A DNA stretch of 64,000 nucleotides, taken from the NCBI RefSeq assembly GCF_038025025.1, contig NW_027117339.1, positions 1,116,001-1,180,000 of the forward strand, in the 5' to 3' direction. Below the pieces are notes generated by a model, which saw nothing but the letters and a program-made list of their open reading frames with translations, was not told the origin of the DNA and did no database searches. Position 1 is the stretch's first letter, and each line of letters starts with the position of its first letter. Both the position numbers and the translations under genes were made by a program. The DNA is from Phyllosticta citribraziliensis. Taxonomy: Eukaryota. Shown here in pieces: positions 12,568-25,636 of the stretch.

Positions 12568-14081
12568 ATGGCCTACAACAAGGGATACAATCCTGACGCC
12601 TTGCCTGCGCACGCCGAGCCGGACCAGGTCTGCAATCCACTCCCTCCAACGTCTCCAACTTTCTGCTGACGGTGACCTCACAGGCTGCGGCGGCTCTCTC
12701 TGCGCAATCGCGTGTATCCCCGCGTCCAACTTATACCTCTGCCCGCCCGGATGCCTATGCTTCCAAGCCGGTTCCACCAACTCCGCGCGACGACCGCTAC
12801 CGCGACCCTTACGCTGGCCGGCCTCCGCCGCCAGGATCCTACCATAGCGCCGCAAGCAGTTATGACGGCCGGCACTCTCCGCGGTACGGTGGTGGTACTG
12901 CTCCGTCACCCGCCCAAGGCCACGGCGGATCCCTTGGCGGCTACGCATCACCTCCGCCGCAGAATTATGGGGCAGCGCCAGCGCCTACCAACTTCCAGCA
13001 TGGTCGTCCACCGTTGGGCTCGCATGCCAGACCTCCACCAACACCGGCTCCGCCGCGCGATGCCAACGACCGTGATGCTTTGTGGAGGTTGTTCGGCGCA
13101 GTGGACAAGAACCGCAGTGGGCAGCTGAGCGAGAGGGAGCTGGGGAGCGCGCTCGTGAACGGCGACTGGTCGGCCTTTGATTCGCATACGGTGCGCATGA
13201 TGATTAGGTGAGGACGCATTCCGCAGCGGAGGGATGAAGACCAAGAAGTGCCACGGATCAAAAAAAGAAAGTGGGCGGAAGCGACGGGTAGATCGTCGTT
13301 TGGTGTGGCTGTGATTGTGGGGTTGGCTGAGCTAGGAAGCTGACAATGGTGACCGCGCAGGATGTTTGACACGGACCGCTCCGGGACCATCAACTTCGAG
13401 GAATTCTGGTGCGTGCCCATGCCATGCTTTGGTTCCTATTTTGGCTACGGCAGCAGCATGTACCAAATGTGGTGTCTGGAGAATGATCCGCTAACGACAA
13501 GGGCGTTCGACGTATAGCGGTCTCTGGGCCTTTCTCGCAGCATGGCGTTCTCTCTTCGACCGCTTCGACACGGATCGCAGCGGCAAGATCTCGTACAACG
13601 AGTTTTCGGATGCACTGATATCGTTCGGCTACCGCCTGAGCCCGCAATTCGTCTTGCTGCTCTTCCGCACCTATGACCGGCGCAATGAGAATGAAATCTC
13701 GTTCGATCTGTTTGTGCAGGCATGCATCAGTCTCAAGCGTATGACAGATGTCTTCAAGAAGTACGACGAGGACCGTGATGGTTACATCACGCTGAGCTTG
13801 TGAGTTCCCCTCGCCCCCATCCCAAACATTTGTCGTGCCTTCGCGAGCAGAGATTCCCGGGGTGGCAAAGCTACCTGTTCGCGAGCCTTGGACCCCCGGT
13901 GAACTCTCTTTCCTCCTTGTCCAGTACAAGAACAACAGGCTAACCAGTGTGCTCACTCTTTCCGCCAAACAGCGAAGAGTTCCTGACAGGTGCCCAGTCC
14001 CTCTTCCTGTTCAACTCGATTTCGGCCGACACTGACACGGGCTTGTATTGATCGCCAAAAGAAATCATACGCCAAGCGTAA
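12568..14081 (+). CDS. PEF1: Peflin, penta-EF-hand calcium-binding protein
   Basis: Pro/Gly/Tyr-rich N-terminus, then EF loops DKNRSGQLSERE, DTDRSGTINFEE, DTDRSGKISYNE and DEDRDGYITLSF. Exons 12568-12627, 12684-13207, 13361-13408, 13518-13799, about 13973-13989, 14062-14081. Confidence 0.88.
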
Positions 14082-15821
14082 AACTAGCGTGCTACCACAC
14101 GCTACCACCACTCCAATCCGCCTTTTGCCAACTCGTGTGAAGACCGCGGCTAGGCTGTTGGAACCACGTGCAGTCATGCGCCCCCACCGCTGCATTCCTG
14201 CAGCAAAACTTTTTCGGAAATGGAGGAGAGAAAAAACCAGGGGATCGACGAGCTTAACGGACGAAATGGGAGGTGCTCCTGATTGGTATGCCATATGCTG
14301 TCGAGCAAACGGTGGTCACGGCAGGTCCTTACTTGCATGTAACCGCCGGTTTGCAATGACAAGATCAGTGGCCTTTCAGCGTGTCGGCGACTTGGATAGC
14401 GAACGAGTCAGCCGAATGGGATATGCAACTGGCTGGCGGGAATCAGGAGCCGGCGTGGACTACTATCAGATACCTATCACCTTAATCAACAAGCAACTTG
14501 AAGCACGGAAGACGAAGTTAGGGCTTGCTGAGTGCACTTTCAACTCGTGTGATGGCGATCAGTTTATCATGAGGCAGAGGGACGTGAGGGAAGTAGACGA
14601 TGTACGGGACGTGGTAAGCAAACATACAACGCTCAGTCCGATTTCAACACCCAATATAAACGCAGACTGGCCTGGTGGTATGCAAGAAGTGTCTCCCGGG
14701 TACCAACTCTGCAAGGCGTGCATTTGGAGGCGAGTCTGGTCAACAAAGTGTTGGGCAAATAAGCGATCAATCACTCACTCCTTCGGGAGCTGAATATGAG
14801 GAGATGTAAACGAAAAAGGAAAATGTTCTTATTAACAAATATCCAGCACGCCTGCCTCGCATTCGTCCCCCTTTCCCTCTTCTCCGAATATTTCTAATCA
14901 AGCCTTGGGCTAACACAGACTCCCCATGATTACACTATTCAGTTTCGAACGATGCCGCTCACGACTGCCTCGCATGGATTTGTATGTTTCCGTGTTCGCG
15001 TGGAGACACTGGAAAAGACTACATGACATCTAAACGGTGGTGGTTGTCATTGCTGCAGATGTGCACCTCCGCAATGGATGGCCTCCGATCAGGATCTCCC
15101 AGCCGATTTTTCGCTTTTTATGCGCCTGGCGATCACACCTGACTCTCTCATGCCCAAAATGCTATACAGTGGGAAAGGCCAATTATTGAACGGTAGAGTC
15201 GACCCAGGAAGCCGTAGTAGGACATTGTGTAATTATAAAAATATTTACTATTTGCCTGGGATTCCTCACCGGCACATGCCTGATTATATCACTGTATTTT
15301 GAAGATAATACTGGTCGCTGTTCCTGAGCATAAAACAGTGCTTGTCGTGTTCTGACGGAGGGATAGGAAATATTTCGGGAGGACTTCAGAAGGAGAAATG
15401 GGCCACGGAACCAGACTCGATTTGCCTTGAGTACACGGTTGTGGTTCGCTTATCCTGTGTTCCTTTACAGATTGAGCATGGTTGCAATGAGACTGTTGAG
15501 CGGAAGGCATGTCTCGGAACTGCGTGGTCTGGAGAGGAAGAGTCGACACTGGCGTGATCAGACGCAAGACCGGGGCGCTCACTCCCCATTCCAAGGCTGT
15601 CGCATGGTCGTCTTAATTGTCCTTCGAATAGTATGAGGCAAAGTAGAGATCCGACTGAACTCCGCACATGCAAGTTTTCCCGCTTCCTGCAGCAATCCAA
15701 CCCGTACGCCATGTAAATTCCCGATCCGTATTTTCAGCCACCCCAAAGTGACAGTACGCAGAAGAAGAGCCACCGTCTCATGAGAGGAGAGATTTTATGC
15801 TTTTGAATTCTTGGAAGACTC

Positions 15822-16127
15822 CTACGAGTTGGCATCAATGTCTGCCCAAGTCTTCTTGACCTCCTCGCGCTTCAGCTTGGCTTCCTCGCGATTCTTCGCC
15901 GTTCGGTCGACTCGTGTCGCGCGCAGACACATGTTGAGGGCGTGCTTGGGCTTGGTACACATGCCGGCGCAGCGCCAGAGGAAGCCCCTGGCGCTGCACT
16001 CCTCGAGGGCGTTGGCGAGTTCCTCGCAGGCTGTCGCGGCGAATCGGGCTGGTTAGCGCATGCGCCGGACAATGTGAGGATGCTAGGACTTACGCGCGCT
16101 GTCCTTTGTGTGCAGGTGAGGATGCAT
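15822..16127 (-). CDS. CMC2: Twin-CX9C mitochondrial COX assembly protein (Cmc2-like)
   Basis: MHPHLHTKDSA|..CEELANALEEC...GMCTKPKHALNMCL: two CX9C motifs. One intron 16093-16031, TAG stop at 15822. Confidence 0.82.
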
Positions 16128-16418
16128 TGCGACGGACTGGACTGGACCCGAGGAACGAGAGAGGATGTTTATGTAGTTAGTGCGAAAGAATGTCTGGATG
16201 GGAAGAGAGGTGGTGCGAATAAAGTGCCAGCGGAAGAGGTGGAAACCGTCCCCAATCGCGGGCTGCGAGAGGGAGAGTCTGTGCTAGGATCCGCGCCGGG
16301 CCAGCGGTCCCTACCACCCAGAAGTCCCCACCAACACGCACTGCATCATCGCTCGCCCGCGTTTCTTCCTCGTTGAAGACTTAACTCCACGGCCTGGACG
16401 CGCAACATTCGGGGCACC

Positions 16419-17092
16419 ATGTCGCAGCAAGCCGTCAACTCGAAAAAGCAGCAAGGTGCGTTGCCTTCCCGCGCGTCTCGGGACAAACTGGCACCAACGG
16501 CGAAGCTAACCCTCCCCGCCGCAGAGCTGCAAATCCAATATTCCAACTACAAGAACATCCTCCAACAGCTTGCGCAAAAGATCGGCGATGTCGAGCAGGA
16601 AGCTGAAGAACACAAGTACGATTATACGACCTTGACGCGCAACCTCATCCCCACCCCAAGCGCACCTCGACAGTCCCGCTCGAGAGACCCCTCCTCCCCT
16701 CCAGTCTCTTTACTTTTGCCTTCACCGCTTCTCGCCTCGCCTTCACCCCGTCCACCCGCTCATATTGAATCATAGGCTTGTGCTCGAGACCTTGGAGCCC
16801 CTCTCCGGCGAGCGGAAGTGCTTCCGCATGATCAATGGCGTCTTGGTGGAGAGGACAGTTCAGGAGGTAGTGCCGGCGCTCAAGACGAATTCGGATGGCT
16901 TGAAGAAGGTCCTGGAGGATCTGCTCAAGCAGTACAAGTCGAAGCAGGAGGAGATGGACAAGTGGAAGGTGGGTCGTCAGACGTGGAAACTGGGCCAGGC
17001 GCACACATGCCGCCTTGGTCGGGGTTTGGGTGTATTGCTAATGCGTCATGTACTTGCAGAAAAAGAACAATGTCCAGGTCGTGCAGCAATAA
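16419..17092 (+). CDS. GIM4: Prefoldin subunit 2
   Basis: LAQKIGDVEQEAEEHK|LVLETLEPLSGERKCFRMINGVLVERTV. Introns 16456-16524, 16616-16775 and 16969-17059. Divergent from CMC2 (about 290 bp apart). Confidence 0.92.
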
Positions 17093-18626
17093 ATTGGTTT
17101 ATCAATCAAGATTGTAGCACCGGAGACCCCACGCGATGCCGGGTGGAAGGACAACCGTCCGCGATGCAATCCCTTGGCCCACACGCACTGCTTCTACAGC
17201 TGCTACGCGGAGCTTCTTAGCCACACCAACGAGTTCCCACTTCGAAGGACCAACGTTATCCAAAGGCCTTGTCGTGGACTTCTTGTTTCGGGAGAGATCA
17301 AAAATAAAGGCACGGCCGCAAGTGGGCCATGCGACTTCGCTAGAGCGCGCTTGAGAACTGGGGATAAGGATTTGGCGAGTTTGAGGCCCGAGAACCCAGA
17401 TGAAAGTCGGCAGAGGATGAGCTGTACCTGATGCATGGTTCGGGAAACCAAGAACGTGTCAAGGTCATGTGCATTCAACACTGGCGTCAAAGCTTGCGTA
17501 TATAGAATCCATCACATTTGCAACATGGGGTTTGTTTGCACGAGGACGGTGAAATGTCCACGGCAGCCAAGGCTCGGAGGAACGGTTGGAACAACGTCAT
17601 GGGTGGGCGTGGTGCGAGGCTTTCAACTGCATCCTTCATTACGAGGCTGAGCCTTGGTGGCTTGACGCCCTGGGTGCTGCTGCAGGATGTGTTGGCGCGG
17701 AGCTGGGTCCAAAGCTGGATCGACGCCTGACATGGAGAAACAGTCCCGCGAGCGTGGGCGTGTCGACAATAGGATACCCAGAGATCGTGAGGAAATCAGG
17801 AACCCCAATAGCAATGCTCGCAAAGGATTGGGAGCTCATGGAGATGGACACTGGGGGGTGAAGCAGGGCAAGGCTGTTGTCTCAGCCACCTCGTGGGCCT
17901 TGTCGGCTCATGCGCTGCGACCCATACACGTCGAGGGAAGCATAAGCAGCAGGTGGTATCATGAATCTTACAGCAGGGCGAGAACAGCACATCATCCTGT
18001 CGATGGTGTGCTAAGAGGGTGCCGCTGGCGTATGCCGCATGGTGGAGCAGAGCGGCCATTGGCTGGGAGCACAAGGCGAGTCGAGTGACATTCCGGCTTG
18101 CATGCCTGATGCCGCGCATGTATCACGGAATGGGCCGTTGCCTCGTCCCGCAACTGTGTCCACGCGAGATTAGGTTGGCTGGTCCAGAGGGCCTTGGGGT
18201 AGAGAGGACGAGTGCCGGTCGTGGCCAATGAGGAGGCGGACCCCACGAGCAGAGACAAGCTCAGGCCGTTTTCTAATAGACGCCGGGGGGTGGGGGAGGG
18301 GAGCTCGACCAGGCCGGGATATGGACATGCCCTGGACATGGAGGACGCGCAGCGCAGGCAGTCTTTAGCCGTCGCCTAAACCCGGGCTGGGGCCAGGGCA
18401 GATGAAAGGTCAGGTATCCGTAGGTTGGTTGCACTTCCTCCTCATCCTCCTCTTCATTGGATCGTGCGTGCTTGTCTCAAGGTCGTCTTGTCTTGTTTGC
18501 TGCATTCCCGTTCGCCGTCACCACATCGGTCCCGGTCCCAGTCCCCTCTGTCAGCCCAGCCTCGAGCTCCCGCAAGTGCCCGGTGTCGTCACTGCTCCTT
18601 GTCGTCCAGTGGGCAGAGTCGAATCA

Positions 18627-18678
18627 GCAGCGCGGCGCAGCGCAGCGCAGCGCAGTGCATCGCATCGCAGCGCAGCGG
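18627..18678. repeat. Degenerate pentamer microsatellite (GCGCA/TCGCA)
   Basis: cagcgcggcgcagcgcagcgcagcgcagtgcatcgcatcgcagcgcagcgg, upstream of hapC. Confidence 0.8.
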
Positions 18679-19559
18679 CAACACTGTTTCGCAGTTGGCG
18701 GCTGACCGGCGGCGCATTGGCTGCGGCGCGTTGGTGTCGAGACTGGTGTCGAAGAGAGCCAACTGCCCGTAGTTGAGGTAGCAGTCGGTGGTGGTGGTGT
18801 TCGTTGTTGTCGCGGCGGCGGCGCCGAAGTCGAAGCTTCAGGGCAGTTCGTTTGAGCTTCACGACCGGACGGACCCTCACCTTTCTCAATCAGTCTCTCT
18901 CTCACTCTCTCACTCCTTCACTCCTCCTCGCACCTCTCATCGCCGTGAGAACACCCGCCATTCCTCGCCATCTCGCCCTCTGGACCAACCACTTCCCAGA
19001 CAAGCCCTGTCTCGTCGGTCCCTGTACATACCACGCGACCTCTGCTGCCCGGTTAACGTGTACGAGAGGTAAGTCGCGCCTGGCCGAGCTCAAAAAGCAG
19101 AGCAGCCGTTCAGACCTTAAAGCCTTGCCCAAGGGCGCGCCGCAACTGGCCAGTAACACATACATCGCAGATCGCGCGCCTGCAGCCAGACGCAGACGGA
19201 GCCGCGTCGCACTCACGACGGCACCACTTCTCCCCAATCGCCCTCCTCTCTGACGCGCCACCACAACCGGCCCCCCCGCTCCCCCTCCACTTCAGCACCC
19301 CAGTCGTCTGCTGCTGCACGTCGATACAATTGTACCTTAGCGCTCGCCCCGGAAGCTTTCCTGGCATCTGCGGTGCCGCCTGCCCTGTCCAGGCCGCAGT
19401 CGCACAAGCCCCGGCTGCCCTTGACGCACATCAACCAGGTCGCATATCCGGCCGGCTCGTCGTGCCTCTGCGCTGGCTGTTCGCAGACCTATTCGCTGGC
19501 AGTCCACGTCACAGACTCATTCTGCGGTCCCGAAAGGGCCTGCAGCTGGCCGAATAAAC

Positions 19560-20637
19560 ATGTCGGCCACCCCCCCGAAGAAGACGGACGTGGAACCTGG
19601 AGCGCAGTCGCCTGACGAAAGTTCGGAGCCGCATATGGACAGAGAAGCTCAGGATACACAAGCGCAAGGACTCGGCTACGAGTTCGAGGTCAAGGAGCAG
19701 GATCGATGGCTGCCCATTGCCAACGGTACGTTCCCCCAGCATGCACCTCTCTTTCGTCTGATTTGCGTGCTCCCTCAACCACATGCTGCAAGTCGACAAA
19801 TGCTACGCCTGGCGTCGCGACAAGCACACCTTCCACACATAGTCGCGCGTTTCGACCGCCTCTGCCACCGAATCAGCGTTCCTCCAGCGAGCCTCGTCCG
19901 CAAGCCGGTCGGCAGGCGGCCTGAATCATGTCGTCTGCATCTCCTCCGTCATCCTCGTCGCCGCCTCTCAATTCGTCCAAAAGCAAATCCGACGGTTTTG
20001 CCTCAGATGCTAACATTCGCAACTTTGCTCCAGTCGCCCGCATCATGAAGACGGCCTTGCCCGAAAATGCAAAAATAGCAAAGGAGGCAAAGGAGTGCAT
20101 GCAAGAGTGCGTGAGCGAGTTCATCTCCTTCATCACCAGCGAAGGTACGTGCCTATTGAGCCCGCGCTCAGCTTCAGCCGCTCACATTTGCCACAGCTTC
20201 GGAGAAATGCCAGCAGGAAAAGCGCAAGACGGTCAATGGAGAAGACATTTTGTTTGCCATGACCTCGCTTGGCTTCGAGAACTATGCCGAAGCGCTCAAA
20301 ATATACCTGTCGCGCTACCGCGAAGTAAGCTGCCCCTCCCCATTTCGTTTGTTGCCGAACATTTGGCAGAACACGAATAATCTGAACTATTGGTATTGAT
20401 TGGTGCCTCGAGACCCTCCTCCAAAATCAGAACAAGCCTGCCGTTGGCTTCAATCAACAGGGCAATGCCGCTGCCGGCAGCAGTGGCAGCGCGTCAGGTG
20501 GTGCAAATGCCTCCGCCGCGTATGCCGAGGGCTCCAACGACAACAACTTATTGAGCGGCGACGGCTCCGAGAACGACAACACCGCCTTTGGCTACACTGT
20601 CGGCCATCACAATGGCAACGGCGGCGCCGACTTCTAA
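19560..20637 (+). CDS. hapC: CCAAT-binding complex subunit HapC/Hap3 (NF-YB)
   Basis: [72 protein letters not shown] histone fold. Introns 19726-20033, 20145-20196, and 20325 to 20412 or 20430 (acceptor uncertain). Confidence 0.95.
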
Positions 20638-23338
20638 ACAATCGCCTTGCGCTGCGGACCCAAGAGAGCCTACCCCGTATCTGTCTGCATCATATAGGGG
20701 TGGCGGGACTTTTACGGCATACGAGCCACCGCAAGAGGAGACGCTTACGAAAACCCAATGGACAAATTTCATTTCAGTCTGTCTTTACCAAATTGTAGGA
20801 TACCATGGATTCTTTGGAAAGAGTAGGAAACTTCCTTCCATTCTCAGTTGTGTGCAAGCCTTCACACTCCGGCTCGATCGGGCTCGCCTCACCAACAAGA
20901 CTGCTCCGGGCTAGATGAACGGCTTGCAAAATTTCTACTACGGCGAGCGGTTTCTCTGCGGGAGAGACGGGACACATCCTCAGGCATTTCCGGCTGACCA
21001 GGAGTGTAAGGGAATAGAATGAACATGCTCGCGCAATATCGGCATCAGATGATGCCCTCATAATTTTCTTTGCTTTCGGTTACTTGAATGCTGCTGCGCT
21101 TCCAGTCATTGCGTTGATCTTGATTTGTTTTCCGCGACATTGCAGATCCGAAGAGCAAGTCCAAGACTGTCCCAAAGGAGATACTTTGGATCTCTCTGGA
21201 TCCCAGAATCATCTCGAGTGTTGCGGGCTATTCTTGCCTTTCGCCTTCATACAAAATTACCCGCATGTGATGGTCACACAGATCGACACTTGTCGAAGTT
21301 GTACGCATCCTTGCTTTTTGCCTGCCTTACCGCATGTCTCAGCTGCGAGCGCAGCGTTGAATCTGTCGATCAGAAAAAGTCCAGCCAGAGGAGCAGCCAT
21401 GCGCGTGGCAGCCCAGTCCAGTCCTGTGTTCCCATTGGTGCTTATTGGTCAAAGCTAACCAAACAACAGATGGGACAGTGTTTCGAGGCAACAAGCAACT
21501 TCAACTTTGAGAGATATTGGCAGAATGACGCTGTCTGTATTCAATCTTACCGCTTCCCGGCCCCTACGATATCTCACCCGACGAGGCATGTCGTCGCCCG
21601 TTTCAGTCATCAATATCCATGTCCTCACCACATTTGACCAATCATCCAACACAACGAGCCCTGCTGTGTCACCTAATCCAACCAAGTGACCAAGGTCTGC
21701 TCTTCCATCAACCCCTTCCCCTCCCCTGCGGAGCCAGACTGCAAAAATATACTCTGCATGGGGTTGACAATAATGTCCGTGTTCCCTTTCACGAAGACAC
21801 CGCACTGGACGCTCCAAGCCGACTCGCATCGTCGCGCAGCGCCGGACATGCACGGACACTTGCAGACAGCGCTTCTACACCAATCAGATCATCTGACCAG
21901 CCATGTCGGACGCGACAGGCAGGCAACAGGCTCACTCAGCGCCATTCAGAACGTACGGGGGACGCTCGAAGCCGGTTACTCACGACTGACTGGCTGCTGC
22001 ATTTTTCTGCCGTGTTTTGGACCCCGGCCGTCTGTGTCTTGAGTCTCCTCGCCTGCTCTGAGTGTCGCGCGGCACTCCGCACTTGTGCGGCCCTCCTCTC
22101 TCTAGAGCCTGAGCGACGTTGATGAGCTTGCCTAACCCAAGCTGAAGTTCGACATTAGACCTCATCCCAGGCCTCTGCTTTTGGTCTGTCTTTGGATGTC
22201 TTCCAACCCCCTCCCCTCACTGAAGTCAACAATTTCCTCGGAGCTATGTACCTGATTTCTGCGCCTCCTGTCAGAACATGTACAGACAGACAGGCGGGCC
22301 TCTCTTGTGCTACTGATAGTTCTCCCACACCCAGGACACTGTTTTTCACCTACCCGGGTTTCCATCCTGTCAACCCCCTGACCCGTCCTGTCACCCTGTC
22401 CTCGCCAATGGCTCTGGGAAAGTCTCACTCATACGACGTATGGACATGGCTTGTTCAGATTCGACTCTTTCTTGACCGCCTCCACGCTGCTAACAGCCAC
22501 TGCGCTCGCCACCTGGGCTCCTCACCTTCACCGTCCCACAGCTCCCTTTCCTGCCACATCCATAACCTGGACCAAAGCGACGTCAGAATAAATGCTGCCG
22601 CTCAAACTAATCAGGACCGCTCTCCGTCCTTCTCCCTCGCTCGCTTGTTTGTACCAAACTCATTTACCGCCACCCCGTTCCTGGTCTAAGCCGCTTCCAT
22701 CTATGCCACACGCGCCACTGCCCTATTGCTCATAACGGAGCCTGCCGCGCCGCGCCGCCCCTCATCGGCCTGCTTTCAAGAGTCCAGACGTCTGGTGGCT
22801 GGCTTTTGCACGCCCGCCTGCTCACCTGTGGCAAAAAAACTGACGCACGTCCGGGGTCCAAGTCATCTGCTCCTCTGTCCATTTGCCCGATTCGATGCGT
22901 GAGGTTTGCAACGAGGTGGAATGGGCGGCATTTCGTCGTGTGGATTGGATGGAGGACGGGCTGGCTTGCAAGATTAAACGTCGAGGAGCGTGGCGAGATG
23001 GGGCTGGAATGTTTGTTTTCTGGTCTGGACCACATCTACGCGGGCGGCTGGGGCGTTTGTTGGCTGCCTGCTTTGTTCGTTTGTTTGTTGTCTTACCTGG
23101 CGGGAGCCTTTGGCGGACTCTTTGGGCCGGGCTTCTGGCACAGTTTGCGTGATGGGTAAGCGATGGTGAGGAAGGAACACTCTTGCAGTCACCATTGACG
23201 CGCCCAAGATTTTGCACCTTGGTTACAAAGCAGCGAAATGACTTTCTTGCATTCACTATGTATGTACAAAATATCAAGGTAAAAGGTCGGCTTGAAAGTC
23301 ACTCCCCAACATCACCCCTGTCCCCACGTACCCCGGTC

Positions 23339-24850
23339 CTACGCCCGCTGTCCTCCATAGAGCACCTTCCGCATCTCCTCCTCCTCGCGCTCAGCTCCAG
23401 AAATCTTGGCCGCCAAGACGCGCCAGCGACTGTAGAAGACATCGTCATCGACATAGGCGCCCTTGAGCCAGCGCTCGCCCTTGGTGGCGTCAAACTCGCG
23501 ACGCGCGTGCAGGACGCGGCGATTGTCGAAGACGACGGCCTGGCCCTCTTCAAGGCGCAGCTCGAGCATGTTGGCCGGGTCCTCGAGGATGCGGCGGTAG
23601 TGGGACAGCGCGGAGAAGAGCTCGTCGAATTGTGACCGTGAGAGCGGTTGATGCTGCGCCGAGGGGAACGCGTGGTGCCCCGTCTGCGTCGCCAGCCACG
23701 GTGCTTGGAATGGTGGTGAGTAGTTGATGGCGTGGAGGCCCAAGTCGGCGGGCGCGTCGGCGCTGAATGCTGGCATCGCTGCTGCGTCTGCCTCCTTTTG
23801 CTCTGGGTGCACGACTGGCGTCGTGGGATTCGTCCTGGCCCCCAGCTCGATGGTCGGCCGCCACTTGACATAGGACTGCGAGTCGTTGCGGTAGTGGAAC
23901 GGCACTTTGTGCGTGCACAGCGCATCGAAGGCGGCCCTGTCGCGCCTGAGCAGCTCATGCGCAGCCCAGAAGCCGTCGGCGAACATGGACTCGCCGCCCG
24001 GAGCGCGTGCGCGCAGCGAATGTAGTATCTGCAGGTGCGGCGGGTTGCTCACGTACATGAGGTCCTGGTGCAGCCCGAGGTACTGGTGCGTGTAGGCAAT
24101 GTTTTTGGCTTGCGGCATCGACTTGACGTCCCACGTTCGCCCGTAAAACGTCTCTTTGAGCAGCCCGATGCGACCCGTGATACTCTCGATGGCCTTTTCA
24201 GAGTCGGGTACGTTTTTGAGAAAGACGATGCCCCAGCGTCCGATCTGCTCAAGCGCCTTGTGCAATGTCTCGTCGTTGTGCACGTAGTCGTGGAAGTCGA
24301 TAAACGCTTTCTGTTCCGAAACTTTCCGCGCTTGTTTGGCATTCCAGATGCGTCGGTCTACAGGCGCTATGGGGTGGTATATGGTGTCTTTTGCCTCCGC
24401 GTTGTTGCGGTAGAATTGCGTGACATGATCGTTCGACCAGTTTGGAATGTCGTTCTGCCACTTGATTTCAATCACCCTGGAGTCTCCGTTTGCCAGCCGA
24501 GCCTTGGGTTGAATGTTTTCCGGAATGTCCGTGGTATGATAGCTCTTTTGTGAACTTGATGGGTCCACGCATTGAGGACAGGTGCAGCTGTCACGAATCT
24601 GCTTGGCATTTAATGACGACACGATGGAAGTGAGAGCTTTTTCAGATTGAGGAAGATTTCCTGAAAGTCCCCTTGAAGGAACATTTGTGACCGATTCCGG
24701 AGGTTCTGTGGACGCTTTCAACGGGCTGGCTGCTGCAGTAGAGCGACGTAGTTGAACCTGGCTCAAATTGAATTGATTTGCCGACCATTTCGGACGACGC
24801 AATGATCCAGGAGCATTCTTGGCTCCGGTCTTGAAAGAAGAGCGCAACAT
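23339..24850 (-). CDS. Gamma-butyrobetaine dioxygenase-like, TauD/TfdA-family Fe(II)/2OG oxygenase, probably mitochondrial
   Basis: 503 aa single-exon ORF. Basic N-terminal presequence, RDSCTCPQC Zn motif, HxD (LHQD), FDNRRVLHAR and RWLKGAY. Confidence 0.88.
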   Translation of the reverse strand: MLRSSFKTGAKNAPGSLRRPKWSANQFNLSQVQLRRSTAAASPLKASTEPPESVTNVPSRGLSGNLPQSEKALTSIVSSLNAKQIRDSCTCPQCVDPSSSQKSYHTTDIPENIQPKARLANGDSRVIEIKWQNDIPNWSNDHVTQFYRNNAEAKDTIYHPIAPVDRRIWNAKQARKVSEQKAFIDFHDYVHNDETLHKALEQIGRWGIVFLKNVPDSEKAIESITGRIGLLKETFYGRTWDVKSMPQAKNIAYTHQYLGLHQDLMYVSNPPHLQILHSLRARAPGGESMFADGFWAAHELLRRDRAAFDALCTHKVPFHYRNDSQSYVKWRPTIELGARTNPTTPVVHPEQKEADAAAMPAFSADAPADLGLHAINYSPPFQAPWLATQTGHHAFPSAQHQPLSRSQFDELFSALSHYRRILEDPANMLELRLEEGQAVVFDNRRVLHARREFDATKGERWLKGAYVDDDVFYSRWRVLAAKISGAEREEEEMRKVLYGGQRA

Positions 24851-25636
24851 CTTTCAAGCTGATTCTTTCCCAAATTGTCTTCAAGACGAGGACGAAGACG
24901 TGGTGTAGTCCCGGTCGTTGGTGAATGCGGAGGGGCCTCGGGCCAGCGGCAGTCGGCAGGGGGGACCATGTACCGCGGCCCGCTTGCGGACGAGTAACGG
25001 AAACTTGAGTTGTCAACAAACCACATGCACCAGTTGATCCATCTGATGCCAAGATCTGCTTCTCGTTAAGTGGATTCTTCTCTAACTCCCCATTGTATCG
25101 TCTCAGCCAACATCGTTCGCGATACGTTTGTTGCTCAAATTTCGATCACGAAAGCTGCGATCCTACAAAGGGGAGTTTGCTCATACTCAAGAGACCTGGC
25201 CCGCGCAACCAAGCTGTGCATGCGGGTAGTCAACAGCTCAGACTTGGGCATTGAGGTCCGTGAAAGAGAGCGAACAAAAGAAGCGAGCCTTGGACAAAGC
25301 ACCGTAAGGAGTCGAGAAGAAGTCAAAGTTTATAGTCCATGAGAGCAGGGGAAATTAGCATGGAGACAGCTGAATGATGGACTGAAGTTCCACGGCCCAG
25401 GTCGAAGATAACCAGAGCTCGAAGTTCGTCGAAGACTTGATACTGTAGACAGCAACAGCCAATCATGTCGTAGCATTTGGGAGTTGCTGACAAGCATTCT
25501 GACAGGGGGCCAAAGCTTCTGACGCAACTGTACAACCCACGCACCTGGCTGCCTCTCCTCAACACCTCCGATTCCGCCCAACATCGCGACGGTCTCAATC
25601 GTTTCGCTCCACACAGCCGCTTCACCTGCTGGATGT

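Noticed and set aside
13990..14793. 267-aa + strand ORF after PEF1
   Set aside because: Starts at a PEF1 intron donor (GTG) and runs through the 3'UTR; no motif or coding-like codon usage.
20700..23300. Several 100-170 aa ORFs between hapC and the dioxygenase gene
   Set aside because: Overlapping on both strands with no motifs or consistent exon structure; treated as intergenic/UTR.
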